From: Parcubacteria group bacterium
GTDB lineage: Bacteria > Patescibacteriota > Minisyncoccia > Moranbacterales > UBA2206
Direction of reading: 5' to 3'
Length of the DNA stretch: 64,000 nt
Assembly (NCBI GenBank): GCA_041661275.1
Contig: JBAZUU010000002.1
Span: 137,148-201,147, forward strand
The position numbers and the translations under genes are program-made. Shown here piece by piece: positions 37,349 to 46,457 of the stretch. The notes below the pieces were generated by a model that was not told where the DNA came from, did not search any database, and saw only the letters and a program-made list of their open reading frames with translations. Within the stretch, counting starts at the first letter, position 1. Every line of letters starts with the position of its first letter.

Positions 37349-38866
37349 CTAATACATCAAAACAGCGACAGGCTCCATTTTAGCCACGACATGGGCGATG
37401 CCGTTGGCTTCTACTCCTTCAATCACTTTATCAATGTTTTTATATCGTGCAGAATCTTGGTTTATAACGATTGAGGACTGCGCGTTATACAGTTTTACGC
37501 CCTTGATTTCCATTTTTTCAAACAATTCTTTCTTATTAGTAATAGATTTTTCATTTTGATTAGCGCCTTTGCCGGTTCCGTGCGGAGCGGAAAAGAAACT
37601 TTCCTCATTTCGGTCTGTGCCAACACAAAGATAGGCGTCAGTGCTCATGGAAGAGGGGATGAAAACAGGTTCGCCGGTTTCTCGATAAATCGGATGATGA
37701 GACATTTTGCTTGGACCATATGCGCGAGAGGTGTTGCTGCGGTGCACATATACATCAGATCCAAAATGATTTTCTCCGGATATCGAAATGTGGGGCATGT
37801 CATAGATCAAATCCATTTCCGGATCTTTACCCAAGACTTTTTTTATCGTTTCCGAGATATTATGAGTGATAACGGCACGATTAGCAGTGCCGAAATTAGA
37901 AGCAGCCGCTCGGGCATCCATATACAGCTTCCCATCTTCTCCTTTGGCGTCATATTTCAAAAGTGTCTCGTCTCCGGACATATGTTTTTTTATTCTTTCC
38001 TGCATTTTTCTATAAATATCATTTTTGCGCGTGCTGAAAATTAGTTTTCCCAGATTTACCATGAGGGATTGAGACAGATGTTCACGTTTTTTAGCCGTGT
38101 GGGTGTACATCGTATATTGGCCAAGGATTCCTGATCCGGTGTGAACGAGGAAAAGATATTGGCCTTTTTTGACGCCTAATTTTTCGGCTATCACTGGGTC
38201 AAGAATATCGTTCACTTTCATAAGATCCAAAAAGTGGTTTCCTGCGGCTCCCAAGATTCCCAAGCGGAATTTGGCGAAGAATAAATATAATTTCGGAATA
38301 ACATCAAAAATATTTTTTTTTGTCATTTCGCGAGGGAAAAAATTTCCGCCATTCTGGGTATTTTCTAGCTCATTTTTGGTTTTTATTCCAAGATGTTCAA
38401 TTGCGGCCTGAGTACCTTTCCGGCAAATATCCACTACAACATCAATTGGAACCTTGGTGCCAACAAATTTTTTAGTAGGGACGACTCTGACCAATTTTTT
38501 GAAAAGTTTATCAATTTCTTCTGGGGATAGATTTTCTTCCGTCAGGCTTGTTTTGACTAATCTCATTCCGCAATTTGGATCAGAATCATTAACTTGAGGC
38601 AAAATATAGTTTTCAGAAACAACAGTGGTTCCTGACGCATTTTTCCGTCCAGGTTTTGAGCAAACATCGGGCATAGCTACAAGACTGTGAAAAAGAGTGT
38701 TTTCATTAGAAGCAACATCTTCCAATTTAGAAAAAGTATCATCCTCGGGAAGCAGGTCTTCACTCATAAAGAAAACCGCCGGCACTTTCATTTGGTCAGT
38801 GTTTAGTTCTTTTTTATGGGGGGATATGTTTTTTAATATGTAATTGGGCATAATCCATGTTGTCAT
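37349..38866 (-). CDS. rtcB: RtcB-family RNA ligase (divergent)
   Basis: PDV..G..SGTTV, DSDPNCGMRL (D..CG), VHRSNTSRA and SAPHGTGKG blocks in RtcB order. Confidence 0.6.
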   Translation of the reverse strand: MTTWIMPNYILKNISPHKKELNTDQMKVPAVFFMSEDLLPEDDTFSKLEDVASNENTLFHSLVAMPDVCSKPGRKNASGTTVVSENYILPQVNDSDPNCGMRLVKTSLTEENLSPEEIDKLFKKLVRVVPTKKFVGTKVPIDVVVDICRKGTQAAIEHLGIKTKNELENTQNGGNFFPREMTKKNIFDVIPKLYLFFAKFRLGILGAAGNHFLDLMKVNDILDPVIAEKLGVKKGQYLFLVHTGSGILGQYTMYTHTAKKREHLSQSLMVNLGKLIFSTRKNDIYRKMQERIKKHMSGDETLLKYDAKGEDGKLYMDARAAASNFGTANRAVITHNISETIKKVLGKDPEMDLIYDMPHISISGENHFGSDVYVHRSNTSRAYGPSKMSHHPIYRETGEPVFIPSSMSTDAYLCVGTDRNEESFFSAPHGTGKGANQNEKSITNKKELFEKMEIKGVKLYNAQSSIVINQDSARYKNIDKVIEGVEANGIAHVVAKMEPVAVLMY

Positions 38867-38872
38867 TCCCGC

Positions 38873-38935
38873 GAAAGCGGGAATCTAGTGTATAAATTTA
38901 ATTTTTAAGATTGGATCCCGGGTCAAGCCCGGGAT
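38873..38935. repeat. Pair of GC-rich perfect hairpins in inverted orientation (GTCATTCCCGC-GAAA-GCGGGAATC and GGATCCCGGG-TCAAG-CCCGGGATGAC)
   Basis: Both begin with GTCATYCC, like the TIRs of MITE family 1. They lie between two minus-strand genes. Confidence 0.5.
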
Positions 38936-38940
38936 GACAT

Positions 38941-40107
38941 CTAAAGTTTGTCATAAATCTTTCTATAAATCTCCGCAATATTTTTTATATCAAAATTTTC
39001 TTCCGCAAATTTTCTAGCCTCTTTTCCGATACTTGTGCATTTTTCGCTATTCTCATATAGATCCAGTATTGCTTGATAGAGAGCATCGACATCGTCCTGT
39101 GGGATTATAACAGAGTTATGCTCATTGGTCAGTTCCTTGAGGATCGGCAGATCGGAAATAATCACTGGTTTTTCACAGGCCATAGCTTCTGGAACGAATA
39201 GGGGAATGTCGAACTTTCCTTTCATATTTTTTACTGGAAAAAGAACAGCATCGCAAGTATTATTTACCTTGCTCATCCAATCCGGTCCGCGTGACTGAAG
39301 ACTGGCCTGGGCTTCAATTTCATCGGAATATCTGACGATATCTTCAGCTCCAGCTTCTTTTATTATTTTCTTGACCTCGGCTTTTTTCTCAAAATCTTTT
39401 TCGTCTTTCATCCTTCCGGGAAAACAAATAATGATCTTTCTTTTTCTTAGTTCCGTAGAGAATTTTGTTATCAGGGAAACGATATTATCCATTGCTCCCA
39501 GACGGGCATACTCTCCGCCGATGTATTGGAAGACAAAATCATCATCGCTTATGTTGAACAGTTTTTGTATCTCTCTATCTTTAGGTGTTTTTTTATACAG
39601 ATCAAGATCAATTCCTGGGTAAACTCGTTTGATGTTATTAAAGCCGATAGCATTAAGTTTATTCTTAGCATAGTCAGAGTAGGTGATGATAAGATCAGCG
39701 AAAAGAATATCTTTAAAATCTTTGTCTTTGAATAAATCCTCTCGCAATGTCGCGATAGTTTGAATAGTGCGAGCCCTCTTTTTGTTTATAAAAGTCTTAA
39801 ATGAAAAAGCATTGAGCTTGGTCGGGGTAAGCATATAATGAATAACATCAAAATCTTCCCGAAGAATATGACGCAATTTTAATAATCTTATTCGCTGCAT
39901 GTATGTCAACTTGTTAGAGGTGTAAATAGCTTTTTGATGGATGTGTGGCGGGAGATCAGGGAGAAAACCGTTAGTCAGAAGATAGAAATCGTGCATATCG
40001 AGCGTTTTAGCCAGATAATACGCAAAATTCTTGGAAGCTTCATCCCAAGGCGGAGCGATCGGACGTGTGACCAGTAATATTTTTTTTCTTGGATTTTCTT
40101 CGGTCAT
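38941..40107 (-). CDS. GT4 glycosyltransferase
   Basis: C-terminal EAMACEKPVIISD block (E-x7-E). Confidence 0.8.
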   Translation of the reverse strand: MTEENPRKKILLVTRPIAPPWDEASKNFAYYLAKTLDMHDFYLLTNGFLPDLPPHIHQKAIYTSNKLTYMQRIRLLKLRHILREDFDVIHYMLTPTKLNAFSFKTFINKKRARTIQTIATLREDLFKDKDFKDILFADLIITYSDYAKNKLNAIGFNNIKRVYPGIDLDLYKKTPKDREIQKLFNISDDDFVFQYIGGEYARLGAMDNIVSLITKFSTELRKRKIIICFPGRMKDEKDFEKKAEVKKIIKEAGAEDIVRYSDEIEAQASLQSRGPDWMSKVNNTCDAVLFPVKNMKGKFDIPLFVPEAMACEKPVIISDLPILKELTNEHNSVIIPQDDVDALYQAILDLYENSEKCTSIGKEARKFAEENFDIKNIAEIYRKIYDKL

Positions 40108-40282
40108 ATTTTGGCTTTATTGAGCCAATAGTTTGATTTTAGGCAATCAGCTATTGACAAATTTATAAAATAGGAGTACAATGTATGCAATTATTATTCG
40201 GGTCGTTTGTGGAAGCGTTCGAAAGATGGAGTGACGATTCTCCTCCTATAAACTTTCGAAACACACAACCGGCCCATTTTTT

Positions 40283-40654
40283 TTAAAAATTCTTATAAAT
40301 CTCTTTTTTCTCATCACCAGTTGAAACTTCAATGGTGATTTTTTTGTTTTCTAAATTCCTAGAGTTCAACTCTTGGAAATTCCTAGAGCTAAACTCTAGG
40401 AGGCCATCTTTTCTAATATTTTCATCAGCTTCTTTTATTCTTTCTTTGTCAATTAAAATTACATAATGAAAATTAGTTTTGCCACTGTGATTTTCTATGA
40501 CAAAATTCAAGCTATTATCCTTGGGACTGACAAAATAAATAGACCACCAGTTTTTGCCAAAATTTAAAGTTTCAAATTTTGAGCCTACAGAAAGAAGATA
40601 AGCAGAGCTTAGGATGAATAACGCAACTATAAATATTATTAATTTTTTTTGCAT
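40283..40654 (-). CDS. Small exported/membrane-anchored protein, hypothetical
   Basis: N-terminal signal anchor; internal direct DNA repeats (TTCCTAGAG x2). Confidence 0.45.
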   Translation of the reverse strand: MQKKLIIFIVALFILSSAYLLSVGSKFETLNFGKNWWSIYFVSPKDNSLNFVIENHSGKTNFHYVILIDKERIKEADENIRKDGLLEFSSRNFQELNSRNLENKKITIEVSTGDEKKEIYKNF

Positions 40655-40657
40655 AAA

Positions 40658-42649
40658 TTATTTCCTATAATACACAGCAATATCGTTACTCATATAAACC
40701 TGATTGAATTCTGGCAGTTTTTGGAATTGGGGAGCGTCATACATTGGATTAATAACCAAAAAATCAGTTTTAGTGTCTGAAAAACATTGTTTTGCCTCAT
40801 CGGAACCGGGGCTGGAGATCATAACTAGCGTACAAATTTCGCCGCTGCGGCTGCCTTGCGCTTCATAGCGGCTAAAAAATCCACGTGATTGGGGATATTT
40901 ATACCCGCGCATAAAAAACAATTTCATCCAGGAATCGGCAGTGATATAGTTGTGATCTTTGAGGATCTGGTCGTTGGCGTTTGTATTATCGGCCAGATAT
41001 TTTGAAACATCAAAAGTCTGATTGAGTTGGGTGAGTTCCGCTTGTTTTTTGAAAGCTTGGGCGGAGTCATTGAGTCCTGTAACCAAAACAAAAGCTAAAA
41101 GGATGAGAAATGCTGATTTCAGAAGTTTGTCCATCACATACGGTTTTTCGCATAATTTCTTGCCCCAAAGTGTTTCGTATGATTCCGGACGAAAAACAGT
41201 ATAAAAAGCAAAGGCGGAGAGAATGGCCAGGGGATAGCTTAGATAATTTCCAATGCGGCTTGATGGCAAATCAACAAATAGCAAATTAGGAAAAGATGAC
41301 ATAATAAAAAGCATAAAAGTCCAAGAGGCAAGAAGCGCATATCCGAAATTTTTTCTTCGGAAAGTCAAGATCAGTAATAGAAATCCCAAAAATCCAAGTG
41401 CAAGACGCGGCTCACCGACTGTTTGTTTGATGTTGGTGATGGTGAGGCCGACCCGCGTTGATTTTGTGGCTGCTCCGACAGCGGTGTCAACGGCTTTAGT
41501 GTTGACATAAGTCGGAGTAAAGACAAAAAAGAAAAATATGAGGCCAAGGACAAAAATTCCCAAAACTTGCGGCGAAAAAATAATTTTAGCGGATTTTTTG
41601 AGAACAACTTCTACGTCTTTATAGTTAACGATCAAAAATAGGGGAATGAGCAAGAGGAATATGAACAAAAATATAAAAGACGTGAGGTGGTGGGTGTAGA
41701 AAAGGCCAAAGGTGGTGAAGACGGCGAGGGAAAGGAAAGTCTTACTATTTTTAATAAGAGCCCTCTCCTGTCGCGAAGACGCGACATCCTCTCCCAGAAG
41801 GAGAGGAGGATATTGATTTTTCGAATTAAGAAATTCGAAAGTTCTGTAGTAGAAATAAAATGCCAGTGGCATAAGGAAATTACCGAAAATATTTCCCATG
41901 ACACCACCACTGACATATTTGGCTTGGGGGGATGCGACTGCAAAAAGAACGCCCAAAAAAAGTAATGTTAAAATAGCAATTAATTTATTCTTAAAAATTC
42001 GCAAAGTTAAAATGAAAACAGTCAGGATCCCTAGTAAATTTATTAAGAATAAAACAACAACGGGCCAGCCGGTAAGAAAATTTAATCCGGTCAAAATGTT
42101 AATGCTGGCAAACATGGTGTGTTCGCCAATAATGAAATCAGGCATTCCTTCATAACTGGTCAGTTGATGAGTTTCGGCAATAGTTTTGGCCCAATAGAGA
42201 TGATGGCCAAAATCAGTGGCTGTCGGCGCTATGGCGGTGGAAAGATAGGCAGTCTTAATGAAAATGGTCAGAAATAGCAAAAGTAAAATTAATATAAATT
42301 GGTTTTTGGAGAAAGAAAATAATTTATCTTCGGGCTCGTTTTGGACACGGAGTGTCCAATTGGACACTCCGTGTCCAAGGAATTTATAAATGGAAAAACA
42401 AACCGCTGAAAAAAATAAAACTCCTAAAATTATAGATATTCGTGTAATGCCTATATTTAACTTCGAATAAGTAAAAAGAATAAAATCAACAACAATTATA
42501 CTTAGGCCAAAAGAAATAATAAATCTTTCCAATGTGCTTAGTGCTGCGCTTTTTCTAAACACAGCCAAAAGCAAACAAAATCCCGGCAAAAACATCAAAA
42601 ATCCCACGGCCAGGAAAAATAATATTTGGTTTTGGATAATATTAAGCAT
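40658..42649 (-). CDS. Large polytopic membrane protein, GT-C-like (putative glycosyltransferase); contains in-frame palindromic inserts
   Basis: 663 aa, more than 12 TM helices. Insert-encoded peptide PPLLLGEDVASSRQERAL from the family-2 element (41760-41808). A 38-nt perfect palindrome at 42341-42378 encodes GHGVSNWTLRV. Confidence 0.55.
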   Translation of the reverse strand: MLNIIQNQILFFLAVGFLMFLPGFCLLLAVFRKSAALSTLERFIISFGLSIIVVDFILFTYSKLNIGITRISIILGVLFFSAVCFSIYKFLGHGVSNWTLRVQNEPEDKLFSFSKNQFILILLLLFLTIFIKTAYLSTAIAPTATDFGHHLYWAKTIAETHQLTSYEGMPDFIIGEHTMFASINILTGLNFLTGWPVVVLFLINLLGILTVFILTLRIFKNKLIAILTLLFLGVLFAVASPQAKYVSGGVMGNIFGNFLMPLAFYFYYRTFEFLNSKNQYPPLLLGEDVASSRQERALIKNSKTFLSLAVFTTFGLFYTHHLTSFIFLFIFLLLIPLFLIVNYKDVEVVLKKSAKIIFSPQVLGIFVLGLIFFFFVFTPTYVNTKAVDTAVGAATKSTRVGLTITNIKQTVGEPRLALGFLGFLLLILTFRRKNFGYALLASWTFMLFIMSSFPNLLFVDLPSSRIGNYLSYPLAILSAFAFYTVFRPESYETLWGKKLCEKPYVMDKLLKSAFLILLAFVLVTGLNDSAQAFKKQAELTQLNQTFDVSKYLADNTNANDQILKDHNYITADSWMKLFFMRGYKYPQSRGFFSRYEAQGSRSGEICTLVMISSPGSDEAKQCFSDTKTDFLVINPMYDAPQFQKLPEFNQVYMSNDIAVYYRK
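41760..41808. mobile_element. MITE family 2 (type B) copy inserted in-frame within a CDS
   Basis: CCCTCTCCTGTCGCGAAGACGCGACATCCTCTCCCAGAAGGAGAGGAGG, ~92% identical to the intergenic copy at 62525-62573. Confidence 0.6.
42341..42378. repeat. 38-nt perfect palindrome inside a CDS (TTGGACACGGAGTGTCCAATTGGACACTCCGTGTCCAA)
   Basis: Two self-complementary 15-mers (GGACAC-NNN-GTGTCC) in inverted arrangement around AATT. Confidence 0.6.
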
Positions 42650-43760
42650 TGATAGTTTTTTCTATCTCTTCTAAATATTTTTTAGAAATTTTGTCCCAAG
42701 TAAAATTATCCAGCACATATTGCCGGGCTTTTTCACCGAAAGATTTTCTGAATTCATCATCGGCCAGCACTTCATTTATTTTTTTCACCCAGGCATCAGC
42801 ATCTCCCCAGGGAAGCAAAAATCCATTTTCTCCGTCTTTTATAGCGTCTTTTAGACCTTCAATTCCTGAAGCCAGGATAACTCTTTTACAAACAGCACTT
42901 TCAATGGCTGTGATACCAAAACCTTCCATAGACCCAGGGACTTTTATGTTAGGTGAAACTGAAAGGTCACAAGTGTTAAAAATAATATTCATTTCCGATT
43001 GAGGTAAGTTTGGTAATAGTTTAACCCGTTTTTCCAACCCAAGATCCATTACTGCTTTTTCGCATTTCGGAAAATAATTTTCATCACCAGCGGAATTGGG
43101 CATACCGCCGGCACAGACAAGGATATAATTTTCTTGGAGTTTTGACATTATATTTTTAATAAACCATTCCGTTCCTTTATGTGGTGTAAATCTTCCAGCG
43201 CGAAAAATTACTTTTTTTCCTTCAAGGTCTATGCCTAATACTTTTTCAAGATCTTTTTTAGTCGCGTCAGTATGCGTTCTCTCTAAAATGAGTCCATTGG
43301 GAATAAATACGCATTGTTCCCGTGGTATACCGATTTTTACCGCTTGTTCAATGGATTCATTTCCTACCATAAACAATTTATCCATTTTTTTAAGCGCGGG
43401 GATATTCACTTCTCTATAAATTTTTCCAAAAAGTGATTTTTTGTAGGCGAAAGTAATGTCGAGTCCATGGACGATGGAAATATATTTTTTTCGATTGTAG
43501 AAAAATTTCCAAAGCCGACAAATAGGTGTCAAGACGCCGTCTCCTACAAGAACGACATCATAACGCGGGACAATAAAAAATCCTTTAAACATTAGCCAGG
43601 GTAAAAAAACAGGCAAGAACCTTTTGCCACGTTTATTGGCGATGATTTTTGTAGTAGTAATTTTAGTCAGAGCCTGTGCGATTCCGTAATTCTGATTTTC
43701 GATGCCACCAAGCACTGGCGGATAGGCGCGGGATATAAAAAGTATTTTAGGATTCTTCAT
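42642..43760 (-). CDS. GT4 glycosyltransferase
   Basis: FISRAYPPVLGGIENQNYGIAQAL N-terminal domain plus C-terminal GT1 domain. Confidence 0.85.
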   Translation of the reverse strand: MKNPKILFISRAYPPVLGGIENQNYGIAQALTKITTTKIIANKRGKRFLPVFLPWLMFKGFFIVPRYDVVLVGDGVLTPICRLWKFFYNRKKYISIVHGLDITFAYKKSLFGKIYREVNIPALKKMDKLFMVGNESIEQAVKIGIPREQCVFIPNGLILERTHTDATKKDLEKVLGIDLEGKKVIFRAGRFTPHKGTEWFIKNIMSKLQENYILVCAGGMPNSAGDENYFPKCEKAVMDLGLEKRVKLLPNLPQSEMNIIFNTCDLSVSPNIKVPGSMEGFGITAIESAVCKRVILASGIEGLKDAIKDGENGFLLPWGDADAWVKKINEVLADDEFRKSFGEKARQYVLDNFTWDKISKKYLEEIEKTINA

Positions 43761-43795
43761 AATAAACTTACTTAGACATCAAATGTCTAAGTGGA

Positions 43796-44779
43796 TTATT
43801 TCTTGTCGTATTTGTCTTTTTTCCATTGGTAGAACTGTTCCTCGGTCAGTTGGCGGTTAGATTTGATCATATCGGCGATGAGGGCGAAGATAAGAAGCTG
43901 AATGCCGAGAAAAATTAGGATGGCTGAAAAAAGAATGTAGTTTATGTAGGGAGTAATCTTAAAACTAATAAAATAGTTGATCAAGAAAATTAGGAAGAAA
44001 ACAAGGCCGATGGAAATCATAAACAATCCCGGCCAACCAAAAAATTTCATGGGACGGACATCTCTGATGGCCTTAAGGATAACTTTAAAGGAATTACTGA
44101 CAAATTTATATATCGACTTGGCCATCTTGGATTTCCGATCATGGTAATAAGTGACAGTTAGCGGAACCCAAATTGGTTTCAAGTTTTTTCCTATAGCATC
44201 GATAATTGTTTCGGCGGTATAGGTGAAATGAGTATTTACTAAATTTAAACGTAGCATGGCTTCGCGGCTATACACTCGGAATCCGCAAGTTAAATCATCG
44301 GTTTTGCAACCCAAAAAGAATCCTATAATATTGGAAGCTAGTCTGTTTCCAAAGTTTTTAATCCAGGGAATATCTTTGGCTTTTTTTTCGCCGAAACGAC
44401 TGGCGACAGATATATCGGTTTGTTTGTTCAGTATTGGCAATAAGAGTTTTGGGATATCATTCGGATTGAATTGTCCATCGGCATCGATGTTTACCATAAT
44501 ATCGGCGCCATTAGCCAGTGAATTTTCCACAGCTTGTTTGAAAGCATAAGCCAGACGACGGTTTGGTTTATATGACACAATCAAATTAACGCCGTGGGCC
44601 TTGGCAATTTCTACGGACCGGTCAGAGGAACCGTCATCTACGATCTGGATCAACTTTTCAGTTATTTTTGATCCATCTTGTGAATAAAATGGAAGATTAA
44701 AACTTTTCTTGATCCTTTCTATGGTTTCGCCCAATTTTTCTTCTTCATTGAAAACGGGCATATTGACTACGAGTTTCAT
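43796..44779 (-). CDS. GT2 glycosyltransferase (DPM1/GtrB-like) with C-terminal TM helices
   Basis: VVNMPVFNEEE ... DDGSSD ... DADGQ; two C-terminal TM helices. Confidence 0.85.
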   Translation of the reverse strand: MKLVVNMPVFNEEEKLGETIERIKKSFNLPFYSQDGSKITEKLIQIVDDGSSDRSVEIAKAHGVNLIVSYKPNRRLAYAFKQAVENSLANGADIMVNIDADGQFNPNDIPKLLLPILNKQTDISVASRFGEKKAKDIPWIKNFGNRLASNIIGFFLGCKTDDLTCGFRVYSREAMLRLNLVNTHFTYTAETIIDAIGKNLKPIWVPLTVTYYHDRKSKMAKSIYKFVSNSFKVILKAIRDVRPMKFFGWPGLFMISIGLVFFLIFLINYFISFKITPYINYILFSAILIFLGIQLLIFALIADMIKSNRQLTEEQFYQWKKDKYDKK

Positions 44780-45012
44780 TATCGTTTCTTCTTAATGATT
44801 AGTTGCGGGTCAACGCATTTGAAATCGCATTTAGCGTTATTTGTTCCTTCAGTTACCAGATTTTTTCCACATTCGTTCAGTTTTTGCTCACATCCAGCTT
44901 TACTTTCTTTGAAATAGTTGAGATTTGGTTCATAACCAAAATAGCCCAGGACAAACCAGGCGACTACCAGGAGTCCGGCAAGCCATATTATTGATTTTAT
45001 TAGTGAAAACAT
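44779..45012 (-). CDS. Small Cys-rich membrane-anchored protein, hypothetical
   Basis: N-terminal TM helix; CEQKLNECGK..CDFKC. Confidence 0.4.
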   Translation of the reverse strand: MFSLIKSIIWLAGLLVVAWFVLGYFGYEPNLNYFKESKAGCEQKLNECGKNLVTEGTNNAKCDFKCVDPQLIIKKKR

Positions 45013-45037
45013 ATGTTGATTTTATGCCCCTAATAAG

Positions 45038-45078
45038 CCAAAAATTAACAACAAAAGCAGCTTATCCGAGCTGCTTTT
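45038..45078 (-). terminator. Rho-independent terminator for the dehydrogenase gene
   Basis: Hairpin AAAGCAGCT-TATCCG-AGCTGCTTT (45054-45077), followed on the minus strand by TTTTGTTGTTAATTTTT. Confidence 0.55.
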
Positions 45079-45097
45079 ATTATAGCTTAAATTCAAT

Positions 45098-46378
45098 CTA
45101 ACGTCCAATACCTTTGTAGATAACTCCGGACCTTCTAATAGCGTCTTTGTCGAGGCAATTCTTGCCGTCGATCACTACTTTTATGCCATATTTCTTCCAA
45201 GTCTTGGGTTCAATGGATTTGAATTCGTCATGATCAGTGACCAGGATTATGGCTTGTGATTTTTTGAGAATTGATTCCAGTTTTTTCTCGGTGGACTTTT
45301 CCAAGATATGCGGATCGTATGTCAAAACATTGGCGCCATAGTTTTTGGCCAGCTCGATTATTTTTTTAGAAGGTGATTCGCGGATATCATCAACATTAGC
45401 CTTATAGGCAATTCCCAGGATTCCGACTGTTGTTCCTTTCATCGGCATCTTGATCTCATTTAAGGAATCCTGCAATAGTTCCACAGTATAAGCCGGCATA
45501 GAATTATTAATTTCTCTGGCAGTGCGCAAAAATTTATGATCAAAACCATTTTCTTTGGCGCGTTCGATAAGATAATACGGATCAACCGGTATGCAATGGC
45601 CACCAACGCCGCAACTAGGCCAGTGCGGCATAAAAGCAAAAGGTTTATTAGAAGCGCCTTCGATGACATCTTTGACATCAATGCCAAATTTGTCAAAAGA
45701 CTTGGCTAGTTCGTTGACGAAAGCTATGTTAATATCTCGGAAAGAATTTTCCACGATTTTTACTGCTTCGGCCGCTCGGATGGATTTCATCTTGCGAACT
45801 TCTCCAGTCGTTATGCTGGTGTAATAGTCATAAGCCATATCAAGGCCATTTTTATCGAATGACCCGACTACTCGAGGTAAATTAGCCACTGTCCATTTGA
45901 TGTCGCCTGGGTTGACTCGTTCCGGACAATGAGCGATGAACACATCTTTTCCGATCTTACATCCGGCTTTTTTGAATATCGGCGCGATAATCTCTTCTGA
46001 AACTCCGGGATTGACGGTCGATTCAAGAATGACAAGCGCCCCTTTTTTCAAATTTCTAGCGGCTATCTCTGAAGCTGTGATGACCGGAGTGTAGTCTGGA
46101 AAGAATTTTTCATCGACTGGAGTGGGAACGCAAATGAGGATTATATCCGCTTGCTTCAATATTTTTTCGTTTGTCGTCGCCTTTGGTTTAAAGCGAGACA
46201 AATTATCTATCAGATACTTCTCTTCTATCGGACTTTTCCCGGAATTAATGAGATCAACTTTTTTCTTGACATTATCCAATCCATAAACTTTATATCCGAC
46301 TTCGACGCTTCGAACAGCCATCGGCAAACCGACATAACCAAGGCCGATGACGCAGACAGTTTGATTTTTCTTTTCCAT
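45098..46378 (-). CDS. Nucleotide-sugar dehydrogenase (UDP-ManNAc/UDP-GlcNAc/UDP-Glc dehydrogenase family)
   Basis: VCVIGLGYVGLPMAV Rossmann motif and catalytic Cys region; 426 aa. Confidence 0.85.
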   Translation of the reverse strand: MEKKNQTVCVIGLGYVGLPMAVRSVEVGYKVYGLDNVKKKVDLINSGKSPIEEKYLIDNLSRFKPKATTNEKILKQADIILICVPTPVDEKFFPDYTPVITASEIAARNLKKGALVILESTVNPGVSEEIIAPIFKKAGCKIGKDVFIAHCPERVNPGDIKWTVANLPRVVGSFDKNGLDMAYDYYTSITTGEVRKMKSIRAAEAVKIVENSFRDINIAFVNELAKSFDKFGIDVKDVIEGASNKPFAFMPHWPSCGVGGHCIPVDPYYLIERAKENGFDHKFLRTAREINNSMPAYTVELLQDSLNEIKMPMKGTTVGILGIAYKANVDDIRESPSKKIIELAKNYGANVLTYDPHILEKSTEKKLESILKKSQAIILVTDHDEFKSIEPKTWKKYGIKVVIDGKNCLDKDAIRRSGVIYKGIGR

Positions 46379-46457
46379 TATATTTCCAGTTAAAAATTAA
46401 TGCCTATCTATTTTAGGTAAGTTTGGAAAAAAAGACAAATTGGTTTAAAATATAGCT

